From positions 2,270 through 66,269 of the forward strand of contig JABJGH010000030.1 of NCBI GenBank assembly GCA_018662365.1: 64,000 bases of DNA, written 5' to 3'. The position numbers and the translations under genes were made by a program. Shown here piece after piece: positions 40,567 through 49,776 of the stretch (the stretch's first letter is position 1; every line of letters starts with the position of its first letter). This stretch comes from Chloroflexota bacterium (lineage in GTDB: Bacteria; Chloroflexota; Anaerolineae; Anaerolineales; UBA11579). The notes beneath the pieces were generated by a model. The model was not told the DNA's origin and did not search any database. It worked only from the letters and a program-made list of their open reading frames with translations.

Positions 40567-41082
40567 CTATTCTTTCTGACGGGCGACAAATATCGCACCG
40601 ACCAATGGGATCAATAGCAGCACGGATGCTGTCATTGTTGCAAGTAGATAAACTGGCTGGCCATCCTCTTCAACGAAAAAGGCGGTACCCAAATTGCTGA
40701 TCGCGGCAGCTGTATCTGCTTCTGGAGCAACTGCAGAAAATTCAGGCCAGACGCTTAGAGCGAGGTATAGTCCAATGAATACCAATATAGACATCACTAA
40801 AGCCAAGCTCGCATGTTTGTTAAAAAGTTGACCCGGATTGGTGACTTGCCGGGTAAGCATGACGGCGAATATCACCAAAATGGCGATCGCGCCGATATAC
40901 ACCAGGATTTGAACAACTGCAAGAAAACTGGCCTCGAGCAATACATAATAGACCGCTACACCAAAAAGGGTAACGATCAAGAATAATGCGGCGTGCACCA
41001 AATTTCGGCGAGTAACCATCATTATTGCTGAGATCAATATTACTGCAGATGCAATCCAGAAAATAACTTCTAAGGGGGTCAT
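40567..41082 (-). CDS. nuoJ: NADH-quinone oxidoreductase subunit J
   Basis: N-x-VHAAL and FLA-x-x-QILVY-x-GAI-x-IL-x-x-F-x-VML motifs. Confidence 0.93.
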   Translation of the reverse strand: MTPLEVIFWIASAVILISAIMMVTRRNLVHAALFLIVTLFGVAVYYVLLEASFLAVVQILVYIGAIAILVIFAVMLTRQVTNPGQLFNKHASLALVMSILVFIGLYLALSVWPEFSAVAPEADTAAAISNLGTAFFVEEDGQPVYLLATMTASVLLLIPLVGAIFVARQKE

Positions 41083-41100
41083 TATTGCTCCTTCCGCAGC

Positions 41101-42309
41101 CTAAGCTGCAACCTCTTCAGTCTCTTCTTTTGGAGGAACAGCCACTGCACGTTCAGGGAATCGAACGCGATCTGGTTCGCTCTTTTTTATCGCTCGGCCT
41201 GCAACCACAATGGCACCTATGAGCAGTACCATATTAAGACCAAAATGAGCGTACATTCTTGTGGCCCCAAGATCTTTGACAAAATAATCTAAAAGGGGCA
41301 CAGTCATTAAGAGAATAATATTAAGAGGCACAATGAACTTCCAGTTCATTGCCATCATATGGTCAATACGAATGCGGGGCAAAGTCAAGCGAATCCACAT
41401 GATCACGAAATAAAAGAAGGTGGTTTTGGCAAAGAAAACCACCGCACCTAACCAAGGGCTTGCTGCGGGCTGCCATCCGCCAAAGAATAAAATACTGATC
41501 AGAGCAGCCGAGGCAAATGAGTGTGCAAATTCACCGGCTTGGAAAAGACCAAATTTCATGCCGGAATATTCAACATGATATCCAGCAACGATCTCAGATT
41601 CAGCCTCGAGAAGGTCGAAGGGAGTGCGGCCAATTTCCGCTAAATTACTAATAAAGAAAATCACAAAAGCTAAGGGGGCAAAAACGATGAACCAACCCAC
41701 ATCCCCTTGTTTTCCAATGATCTCATTCAAATTCATGGATCGGGCTAAGAAAACCGGAATTACCAAGGAGAGTAATAACGGCACTTCATAGGAGATAAGT
41801 TGTGCAACACCACGGAAGGCACCCAATAATGCATATTTATTATTAGAGGACCACCCTGCCATCAACACTGCCAACACGCCAAAGGAACCGACGGCACCGA
41901 TATAAAGCACGCCGACATCCAGGTCCGTACCCACCCAGGTACTGGAATATGGGACCACACCCCAGATCATCAAAACAGCGAAGACTGCCATGACCGGTGC
42001 GATGTTATATGAAACTTTATCTGCACTCTCGGGTGTTGTATCTTCCTTGGTGACCATTTTTAATGCATCGGCTATTGGTTGAAGTAAACCAAAGGGGCCC
42101 ACACGATTAGGACCAAAACGGTCTTGCATTCGACCAGCCACTTTTCGTTCTAACCAAGTTTGGAGAATAAAAATTCCCAAAGCCAATCCAGCCACAACTA
42201 CGGCACCGATCAATTTCAAGATCACGGTCGCAAAATCATCTGACAAGTTCCAAGATGTAAGAAGCTCTCGTAACCATTCCGCAAAAATTGCAATAGGATC
42301 ATAATTCAT
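41101..42309 (-). CDS. nuoH: NADH-quinone oxidoreductase subunit H
   Basis: ERK-x-x-x-RMQDR-x-GPNRVGP-x-GLLQPIAD-x-x-K, SNNKY and R-x-PFDL-x-EAESE motifs; ATG at 42309 after AGGAG. Confidence 0.96.
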   Translation of the reverse strand: MNYDPIAIFAEWLRELLTSWNLSDDFATVILKLIGAVVVAGLALGIFILQTWLERKVAGRMQDRFGPNRVGPFGLLQPIADALKMVTKEDTTPESADKVSYNIAPVMAVFAVLMIWGVVPYSSTWVGTDLDVGVLYIGAVGSFGVLAVLMAGWSSNNKYALLGAFRGVAQLISYEVPLLLSLVIPVFLARSMNLNEIIGKQGDVGWFIVFAPLAFVIFFISNLAEIGRTPFDLLEAESEIVAGYHVEYSGMKFGLFQAGEFAHSFASAALISILFFGGWQPAASPWLGAVVFFAKTTFFYFVIMWIRLTLPRIRIDHMMAMNWKFIVPLNIILLMTVPLLDYFVKDLGATRMYAHFGLNMVLLIGAIVVAGRAIKKSEPDRVRFPERAVAVPPKEETEEVAA

Positions 42310-42360
42310 CAAACTACTCCTATCTCACAGCGCTGCAATCAGCAACTGTTTTTGTAATTA

Positions 42361-42397
42361 AACAAATAAAAAGCTGATGAGCATGCTCGCCAGCTTT
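42361..42397 (-). terminator. Terminator-like hairpin between nuoA and nuoH
   Basis: Minus strand AAAGCTGGCGAGC-AT-GCTCATCAGCTTT followed by TTATTTGTT. Confidence 0.5.
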
Positions 42398-42414
42398 CAA
42401 TATATTATTTGAGT

Positions 42415-42771
42415 TTATTTCCACTCCAGCGCACCTTTTCGCCAGGCGTAAACCAGGCCATCTCCTAATAAGAAGATGAAAAGCACTCCGGCAATCACTC
42501 CGAGCAATGGCATCTGATCAAAAGATACTGCCCAGGGATATAAGAAAATGATTTCTACATCAAAAACGAGAAAGACCAAAGCGTAAACGTAGTATTGCAT
42601 TTTAAATTGAACCCAAGTTTCGCCCACTGTTTCCATGCCACATTCATAGGTTTCCATCTTTTGGGCATTCGGTTTTCTGGGTGCTAAAATTCGAGCTACT
42701 ACGATTGGCAGGGTTGGCAGTGCAACCGCGACGATAACCAATAAGCCGATAAACATCCAATTATCCAGCAT
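42415..42771 (-). CDS. nuoA: NADH-quinone oxidoreductase subunit A
   Basis: K-x-x-x-YECG, FLVFDVE-x-x-FLYPWA and Y-x-WRKGALEW motifs. Confidence 0.96.
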   Translation of the reverse strand: MLDNWMFIGLLVIVAVALPTLPIVVARILAPRKPNAQKMETYECGMETVGETWVQFKMQYYVYALVFLVFDVEIIFLYPWAVSFDQMPLLGVIAGVLFIFLLGDGLVYAWRKGALEWK

Positions 42772-43131
42772 TATTTCTCCTCAAAATATCGAAGAATTAC
42801 AACTAAAACCCGACCATTCTACCGACAGTTTTCGATTGAATGTCCAAATTTTTTTGTTCTAATTTCGCAGGGCAGATTGTACCATAAAACACTTATTTTT
42901 CAGTTAATAAGGCATAAATTAATAGGGGGGGGAAATAAGGCAATTCATATAGGGAAAATTTAATTTAATGGGATTTTATAAAATCTTATTTATTGGGTAG
43001 TCCCTAGACCTTAAAATTATTCCATTGTAAACTTAGTTCCCAAAAACTACCCATATATAATGGAAGAAGCCCATTTTTTATGGGTAAAAATTGAAAAAAG
43101 ACAGTACCTTCTCTACCTTAGGCAATAACGA

Positions 43132-45630
43132 ATGATAAAGGAACCTCCAATAAAAAATCAATCAAGGCTTTGGGATTCGTCGGCTGTGATTTTATTTATC
43201 ATGGCTTTATATATCACTTCTAGGCGATTGATAATAACAGAGTGGACAGATCACCTCTATATCATTCGAATTGTGATGTTAATTGCGGGGATCAGTGGGC
43301 TTGCACTTGGTTATAGTCAGTTCAGAACTCGCACGATCCTTTTGTTTGGGTTCGTCTATGGTTCCTTTTTGATTACCTTGCAATTAGGCCTAACTTTAGG
43401 TCGGGGGATTTTGTGGACAGAAAGATTGACAAGTTTATTTGGCCGTTTGGTATCAACAGCCAAGGACTTAAGCGCGAATGCTGTCATTTCGGATCCTTTA
43501 TTATTCCTGATCAGTATGTCGATATTATTCTGGATCATCGGGGTGACCGCTGGCTATAATTTGACTCGAAAGGCAAACCCTTGGGGGCTAATCGTTCCTG
43601 CGGGGATTACCATTGTGATCTTACATACCTATGATTTTTCGATCGAATCTAGAATATGGATCTTGGCAGAATTCCTGTTTATTAGTCTCATCTTGTTAGC
43701 GCGGGTTTATTATTTAGAGAATAGAAGGTTATGGAAATTAGAAAAAACTCAAGTTCCAATTTATGCGGCTTTGAATATGCTTCCGCTTACATTAGGCGTG
43801 ATTATCGTTTTGGTGTTAACAGCATGGGGAGCACCAGCAATTGCAAAGGCTTTCGATCCAGCAGAAAGAGCATGGGAGAAATTAATTGAACCTTGGAATG
43901 AAATTCGCGATGAATTCGAACGCGCATTCAATTCCCTCCGTTCTCCAGCAGTCGGCTTCTCAGATACCTATGGGGATAGTCTGCCTTTGGGGCAGGGAAA
44001 CCCCCAAGGAGAAACCGTTGTATTGACGATTGAGTCTCCTCTTCGACCTTCTCCCGATATGCGGTTTTATTGGCGTGCAAGAACCTATGATTATTATAAT
44101 CCCACTGCCCTAGGTTGGGAAATCACATTAGACGAGAAGCAGTTATTCCTCCCCGAGGGGGAAAACTTTATTTCAGTTGAGAGTTCTGCTCGCTGGGAGG
44201 GTCTTTTTAAAGTCACTGTCTTTAAACCACTTTCCATTTTATATACTGCTCCTGAACCCATTTGGGTGAGTCGGACCTCCAATCTTTTCCCTAGACCACT
44301 TTTTGAAGCAGCCGAAAAAGATATTGCTTTTATCCAATCCGAAAATGCTCTTTTAAATGGAGAGACCTATCAGTTTAAAGCATCGGTTGCCAATGCAACA
44401 ATTCAAGACCTGAGTTTTGCAAGCACAGAATACCCTGAGTGGATCATAGACAAATATTTGCAAATTCCAGAAAATATTACCGAACGCACTCGACTCCTCG
44501 CAGAATCTATCGCTGGGGAATTAGAGACTCCCTATGAAATTGCAGAAGCGATCACCCATTATCTTCGAAATAATATTCAATATACAGATACTGTGCCCCC
44601 CATACCTGAAGATCAAGACCCTATAGATTGGATCTTGTTTGATCTTAAACAAGGGTTTTGTAACTATTTTGCAACCGCAGAAGTGGTCATGCTCCGCTCC
44701 TTAGGAATTCCCGCCAGGCTTGGGGTCGGCTATTCCCAGGGAGAATTTAGTTATGTGATCCAAGAATCTGCGGGTGTCGAAGCCACCCCAGTGATTGATC
44801 CTCTAAATAGGCAACTGGAAGAGGCTCCGCTCACCGGGGAAAGTTATATTGTTCGACAGAGTGACCTTCATGCCTGGCCAGAGGTTTTCTTTCCAGGGAT
44901 CGGTTGGGTAGAATTTGAACCCACTACAAATCAAGACCCTTTAGAAAGACGTGAAGGTGATTTGGCTTTTATTTCCGATTCACTACTTAATTCCGAAAAT
45001 GATGAGCTTAATAAAATCGAAGATCTACCAGAAGACGAACCACTGCTTTTGAAAGATTTTAGTGACGAGGGCTTTTTAAATGGCGAGGCTGATTCCCAAA
45101 ATATTATTAATTCAACGAGCATTAGTATTATCATCGTCGTACTCCTCCTGATCATATTGTTCGTTGTCAACCAAAATAGTTCTGAAACAAAATACCTTAC
45201 CCCAATCCCCGTGCTGATCGAAAAAGGGTTGATTCGTTTGAATATACAACCCCCCAAATTTATTCTCAGATGGTCCCGATCTGCGCAGCTTTCAAGTTTG
45301 GCTCAGTCATATATGGAGATCAACAAAAGTCTTCGGCGATTGGATATTCCAATCGGACTGGAATCAACTCCTAAAGAAAGAGCGGATGTATTGGCAACGT
45401 TACTCCCCAGACTTTCCAAGCCAATAAATGATCTATTACATCAATATCAAACGGGTGAATATAGTATGGCGGAGGGCGATTTGAAATTAGCCAAATCTGC
45501 TAGCCAAGAAATTGGTAAGTTGACCAGAAGGTTTTGGATGCAGAGGATTATCTTCCAAGCACGATACTTCTGGAGAAAAAATAAAATTTGGAAAATTAAT
45601 CAATATGATTCTGGATACTTTAAGAAATAA
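43132..45630 (+). CDS. Membrane-bound transglutaminase-like protein (TgpA/DUF3488 type)
   Basis: Multi-TM N-terminus, YWR-x-x-x-YD, GFC-x-YFA (Cys), GIPARL-x-x-GY, HAWPEV and GWVEFEPT motifs. Confidence 0.88.
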   Translation: MIKEPPIKNQSRLWDSSAVILFIMALYITSRRLIITEWTDHLYIIRIVMLIAGISGLALGYSQFRTRTILLFGFVYGSFLITLQLGLTLGRGILWTERLTSLFGRLVSTAKDLSANAVISDPLLFLISMSILFWIIGVTAGYNLTRKANPWGLIVPAGITIVILHTYDFSIESRIWILAEFLFISLILLARVYYLENRRLWKLEKTQVPIYAALNMLPLTLGVIIVLVLTAWGAPAIAKAFDPAERAWEKLIEPWNEIRDEFERAFNSLRSPAVGFSDTYGDSLPLGQGNPQGETVVLTIESPLRPSPDMRFYWRARTYDYYNPTALGWEITLDEKQLFLPEGENFISVESSARWEGLFKVTVFKPLSILYTAPEPIWVSRTSNLFPRPLFEAAEKDIAFIQSENALLNGETYQFKASVANATIQDLSFASTEYPEWIIDKYLQIPENITERTRLLAESIAGELETPYEIAEAITHYLRNNIQYTDTVPPIPEDQDPIDWILFDLKQGFCNYFATAEVVMLRSLGIPARLGVGYSQGEFSYVIQESAGVEATPVIDPLNRQLEEAPLTGESYIVRQSDLHAWPEVFFPGIGWVEFEPTTNQDPLERREGDLAFISDSLLNSENDELNKIEDLPEDEPLLLKDFSDEGFLNGEADSQNIINSTSISIIIVVLLLIILFVVNQNSSETKYLTPIPVLIEKGLIRLNIQPPKFILRWSRSAQLSSLAQSYMEINKSLRRLDIPIGLESTPKERADVLATLLPRLSKPINDLLHQYQTGEYSMAEGDLKLAKSASQEIGKLTRRFWMQRIIFQARYFWRKNKIWKINQYDSGYFKK

Positions 45631-45641
45631 TCTTATCTATT

Positions 45642-46400
45642 TCATTTCTTATTAAATGAATATGCTTTTTCAGAAGGAAGGAAAATTTGACCTTCTTTCT
45701 CATCCCCCACAACCTCTATATCCTCTGGTTTATTATTTTTTGCCCAGGCGATATAGGCAATTGCTAAGACTTGAAGTTCAAATGAATTAAATAGATGTTC
45801 CTCGGGTAAAACCCCCTGAAGAATCCTAAATCGAGTGATCTCTTCGAAATACATCATTGGATCGGGGATGTCTAAGCCAAGATCAAACAATACCAATTGT
45901 CGCTGTAACCTGCCCTCTAGGCTCCGTTGTCCAAATAAGGGATGCCCTAGCCAAACCTGATAGCATACATCTGCCGACGCCTCGATCATTTCCAGATCTT
46001 CACTTCCATAACCTAGACTTTGCAATCTTTTTGTTAGATTGAAGGCTAAGCGCAGCCAAGGTTTTGCTTTTTCTTCCTTAGCGGGGGTATGATAAATCGG
46101 CAAATTTCTAACCTGCAGTAAATATTCAGCCAAACGCAAATTGTCCGATCGCCCCGGTTTTGGTGGAATTGCCAATTTTTCTCTAATTTCATCAGATTTC
46201 ATCAATCCCTGATTGACATTCCCGGGACCATTTATAGCAACTACGGCTTGATGTTGCCCCCCCATAAAAGCCAATACTTCATCTAGTTCACCGATTCCTA
46301 AAGCCATTAAACGCAAATTACCATCAATTGCAGCGTAGGCAATTGATTTTGGTCCGGCTGTTGGATCTATACCAATATATGCTGTCTGGGTGAATAACAT
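45642..46400 (-). CDS. DUF429-like protein (RNase H-fold predicted)
   Basis: YIGID N-terminus, VAIN-x-P, R-x-AE and G-x-x-x-EG-x-I-x-LP C-terminus; ATG at 46400 after GGAG. Confidence 0.65.
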   Translation of the reverse strand: MLFTQTAYIGIDPTAGPKSIAYAAIDGNLRLMALGIGELDEVLAFMGGQHQAVVAINGPGNVNQGLMKSDEIREKLAIPPKPGRSDNLRLAEYLLQVRNLPIYHTPAKEEKAKPWLRLAFNLTKRLQSLGYGSEDLEMIEASADVCYQVWLGHPLFGQRSLEGRLQRQLVLFDLGLDIPDPMMYFEEITRFRILQGVLPEEHLFNSFELQVLAIAYIAWAKNNKPEDIEVVGDEKEGQIFLPSEKAYSFNKK

Positions 46401-46565
46401 ACTGCACTCCTGGGACCACCTCTCAATCGTCCCAATAGATTTAGTATACTTCCACATTTCTTAGAATGGGATATTTTTAGGGGATTAAATAAATATTTCT
46501 AGCATCTAGGCACCTTTAATCCAATAATTATAGAGGTAAGGATTCTTCGTTAACAAAACTCTATT

Positions 46566-46594
46566 TTGACGAAGGCATAAGCCCGCGTTATACT
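46566..46594 (+). promoter_or_regulatory. Sigma70-type promoter
   Basis: TTGACG-N17-TATACT about 60 nt upstream of the aldehyde dehydrogenase ATG. Confidence 0.65.
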
Positions 46595-46656
46595 ATGAAA
46601 AATATTATTGATAATATTTGTGCTAATTATCTAATTAATAATCCAGGAAAATAAAA

Positions 46657-48234
46657 ATGACTGAACAAACTTTTAGACTCACGTATTCAACCATGTATGA
46701 TCCCCCAGAGGAATTGCACACAAACTTCGAAGCTGAAGTTGCAAAGATCAAAGCCAATTTGGGAAATGAATTTGGCATGATCATTGATAACCAAGATGTT
46801 TTTACCGACGAAAAATTCGAGGATCATTCCCCGATCAATACTGACATGGTATTAGGAATTTTTCAGGAAGGTGGGAAAAAATATGCCGATGAAGCCTTGG
46901 CTTCGTCTAGACGCGCTGCAAAAAGTTGGAATAAAACTCCCTGGCAAGAACGTGTGGCTTTAGTGCGTGCTGCTGGTAATCGGATTAATGAAAGGGTTTA
47001 TGAATTAGGTGCCGTAATCTCCCTTGAGGTTGGAAAGAACCGTATGGAAGCCCTGGCAGATGCTGCAGAAACTGCAGATCTTATGCTTTATGCCGCAGAT
47101 CAGGTGGAAGAAAATAATGGCTTCGTAGTCAAGATGGGACAAGATCCCATTGTTGGATATACTGCGACAAATTATTCAATTTTAAAACCTTACGGTGTAT
47201 GGGTGGTGATTAGCCCCTTTAATTTCCCTGGGGCATTGACTGGTGGACCCGTGGGAGCAGCCCTTGTAGCGGGCAATACCGTTGTAATGAAACCAGCCAC
47301 AGACACTTCTTGGACTGCCCGAATCATCGCAGAATGTTTTCGTGAAGCAGGCTTCCCAGATGGAGTAGTTAATTTTGTTTCAGGCCGTGGGAGTACGACC
47401 GGACAAGCGCTAATTGATAACCCAGAAGTTGATGGTGTTACCTTCACTGGCTCATATGATGTGGGAATGAAAATATTTAGGCAGTTTGCTAATGGAGAAT
47501 ATCCGCGTCCCACAATATTGGAAATGGGTGGAAAGAACCCAGCCATCATTTCAAAAAACGCCGATCTTGACCGAGCCGCCCAAGGGGTTTACCGATCTGC
47601 ATTTGGGCTACAAGGGCAAAAATGCTCAGCCACCTCAAGAGTTTATGTGGAAGAGCAAGTTTATGATGAGTTGACCAGTAAATTGGAAGCCCTGACAAAA
47701 AATACTATCCTGGATGACCCCACAAAACAGGCTACCTTCATGGGGCCAGTGGCAAACAAATATGCATACCAAGATTTCAAAACCTTCACTGAAGAACTTT
47801 CCCAGGCTGGTGAATTTTTAGCGGGGGGAAAGGTTCGAACGGAGGGTGAATATGGAAAAGGTTATTATTGTGAGCCCACAATTGCTACCAATGTTCCTTT
47901 AGATCATCGGCTTTGGAAACAAGAAATGTTCTTACCGATCACCATGTTAGCTAAAGTAAAAAACCTGGACGAAGCGATGAAGGAAGCCAATGATGTGGCT
48001 TACGGATTGACTGCGGGTTTTTATGGCAACAAAGAGGAAACTCAATGGTTCTTCGAAAATATTGAAGCGGGGGTCACTTATGCCAATCGCCCACAAGGTG
48101 CAACGACAGGTGCATGGCCTGGATTCCAACCCTTTGGGGGCTGGAAAGGCTCTGGCTCTAGCGGCAAGAATGCTGGCGGCCATTATTATGTTCAACTTTA
48201 TATGCATGAACAAGTAAATACAGTCATTGAATAG
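46657..48234 (+). CDS. Aldehyde dehydrogenase, 1-pyrroline-5-carboxylate dehydrogenase-like
   Basis: SPFNFP, FTGS, EMGGKN, GQKCSA (P5CDH-type), E-x-F-x-P and QPFGG-x-K-x-SG motifs. Confidence 0.85.
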   Translation: MTEQTFRLTYSTMYDPPEELHTNFEAEVAKIKANLGNEFGMIIDNQDVFTDEKFEDHSPINTDMVLGIFQEGGKKYADEALASSRRAAKSWNKTPWQERVALVRAAGNRINERVYELGAVISLEVGKNRMEALADAAETADLMLYAADQVEENNGFVVKMGQDPIVGYTATNYSILKPYGVWVVISPFNFPGALTGGPVGAALVAGNTVVMKPATDTSWTARIIAECFREAGFPDGVVNFVSGRGSTTGQALIDNPEVDGVTFTGSYDVGMKIFRQFANGEYPRPTILEMGGKNPAIISKNADLDRAAQGVYRSAFGLQGQKCSATSRVYVEEQVYDELTSKLEALTKNTILDDPTKQATFMGPVANKYAYQDFKTFTEELSQAGEFLAGGKVRTEGEYGKGYYCEPTIATNVPLDHRLWKQEMFLPITMLAKVKNLDEAMKEANDVAYGLTAGFYGNKEETQWFFENIEAGVTYANRPQGATTGAWPGFQPFGGWKGSGSSGKNAGGHYYVQLYMHEQVNTVIE

Positions 48235-48254
48235 GTGATATAGATATTATTGTC

Positions 48255-48289
48255 AAAGCAGGGTTCAATATTGAACCCTGCTTTTTTTT
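48255..48289 (+). terminator. Intrinsic terminator
   Basis: Perfect 30-bp palindrome AAAGCAGGGTTCAATATTGAACCCTGCTTT followed by a T run. Confidence 0.85.
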
Positions 48290-48378
48290 ATCATTCAGGA
48301 ACTAAGTGGCAAAAATAACTGCAAACCTGAATAATTCATATAAAATTAATATAGCTTAATACTTTGGTAAAGGTGTTT

Positions 48379-48645
48379 ATGCGAAATTTCAAAAATCGTT
48401 TCGGAAAATTTATTGCTCTAATTGGGTTTGTGATTACCCTTCTGTTTTTTGCATCCGATTTTAGTGGGAGCCCAGATTACCGGTTTCTTTTTGCCGGGGT
48501 TATTAGCCTTTGGTTAGGAATAAAGATGAGCCGCAGCTCAAAACCCCCCGCTAAAAAGGCAGACCGATTTAGGATGATGCGAAGAAATTTTAATCGCGAG
48601 AAATATTACGCCGAACAAGAGGAGGAAGATCAAGACCAATATTGA
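48379..48645 (+). CDS. Small hypothetical two-TM protein with basic/acidic tail
   Basis: Two hydrophobic helices then a charged tail; ATG at 48379 after AAGGTG. Confidence 0.6.
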   Translation: MRNFKNRFGKFIALIGFVITLLFFASDFSGSPDYRFLFAGVISLWLGIKMSRSSKPPAKKADRFRMMRRNFNREKYYAEQEEEDQDQY

Positions 48646-48800
48646 TTTTTTATTAATTCATTTTTGTATTTCCAATTAGTTTGCTTGTTTTTAACCCCCT
48701 TTTACTCTCCATCGTTTAAATCCCCTGCCTTGAGAAGATTGAATAAACCAGATATAATTTGTGCCTGATGTTCTAACTTTGAAAAAAAGGCATAAATATT

Positions 48801-49550
48801 ATGAGTTCCACTAGTAAAAAATCTCTTGTCGTTTTGCTTATACTGTTATTTGTTTTGAGCGCGTGCTCAAGCAACAACGCCACTCCTGATCCAGGTCAGG
48901 TATTGACCCAAGCTGCCCAATTGGCCTCTGAAGGATCGACCCTTACAGCAATTGCTCAGCCAGCCACTGCAACTGATTCCCCCACTTCTACGAGCACCCC
49001 GACACTTGAGCCTGTGCCAAGTGCAACCTCGGAAATAATTCCAACAAATGCCCTCACTGAACCCATTGTTGATCCAAATCAGACTCCAGTGGCCACCCAA
49101 GAATCCATTGCGACCCAACCAGCGCCCACAAGTGTTCCTGTTGGAAACTTCAGCCCCGATTGTTATGTTGCTGGGTTTACCTATGATGGCCCTCCTTGGG
49201 ATTACACCCATTTTCATGGCACTGTAAGCTTTGTGAAAGAGTGGCGGTTACAGAATATTGGCACCTGCAGTTGGACCTCGGATGTCTATCTCATTCATTT
49301 CGCAACAACCATTATTGAAAATGAGAAAGAGGTCCGGGATTCTAATGAAACCTTTGGTCAAGACACCGAAATCGTCGTGATTACAGATCCTATTCCACCA
49401 GGTGGATATTTAGATCTAGCGATTGAATTCACTGCCCCCCCTACAGGAAATGACACCTATAAAGTTTATTTCAAATTATATGGACCTGGAGGCGTGATCG
49501 ATATTGGTGGGGGTTCAATTTGGTTTATCTTAGATATAACACCTCCGTAA
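48801..49550 (+). CDS. Lipoprotein with Pro/Thr linker and NBR1-Ig-like domain
   Basis: Lipobox LSAC; F-x-K-x-WRL-x-N-x-GTC-x-W and I-x-PG...F-x-AP motifs. Confidence 0.8.
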   Translation: MSSTSKKSLVVLLILLFVLSACSSNNATPDPGQVLTQAAQLASEGSTLTAIAQPATATDSPTSTSTPTLEPVPSATSEIIPTNALTEPIVDPNQTPVATQESIATQPAPTSVPVGNFSPDCYVAGFTYDGPPWDYTHFHGTVSFVKEWRLQNIGTCSWTSDVYLIHFATTIIENEKEVRDSNETFGQDTEIVVITDPIPPGGYLDLAIEFTAPPTGNDTYKVYFKLYGPGGVIDIGGGSIWFILDITPP

Positions 49551-49573
49551 ACCGAATTTTAAGATTGAATTTT

Positions 49574-49618
49574 AAAAAGAAGTTATTTGTGACAAAAAAC
49601 CAAATAGCTTCTTTTTTT
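49574..49618 (+). terminator. Intrinsic terminator
   Basis: AAAAAGAAGTTATTTG-loop-CAAATAGCTTCTTTTT. Confidence 0.7.
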
Positions 49619-49705
49619 ATTTAATTTGTTGGGATTTATCACTTTTATGGAGAACAACAGCCCAAATTTCACGCAGCAAAAATAAGTTCCTGCTACAATT
49701 ACGAT

Positions 49706-49776
49706 ACAGGGTTATTCACACATATCCCACCAATATCCCCTGGTATTTCACATAGATATCCACAGGTTTATTCACA
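49706..49776 (+). repeat. Phased array of DnaA-box-like 9-mers
   Basis: TTATTCACA (49712), ATATCCACA (49756), TTATTCACA (49768) plus weaker units near 49722, 49733 and 49744; 15-mer ACAGG(G/T)TTATTCACA repeated at 49706 and 49762. Confidence 0.65.

Noticed and set aside
33487-42771. Mrp antiporter or hydrogenase-4 membrane operon
   Set aside because: Clear NuoA and NuoH with complex I motifs; no MrpE/F/G or hydrogenase subunits
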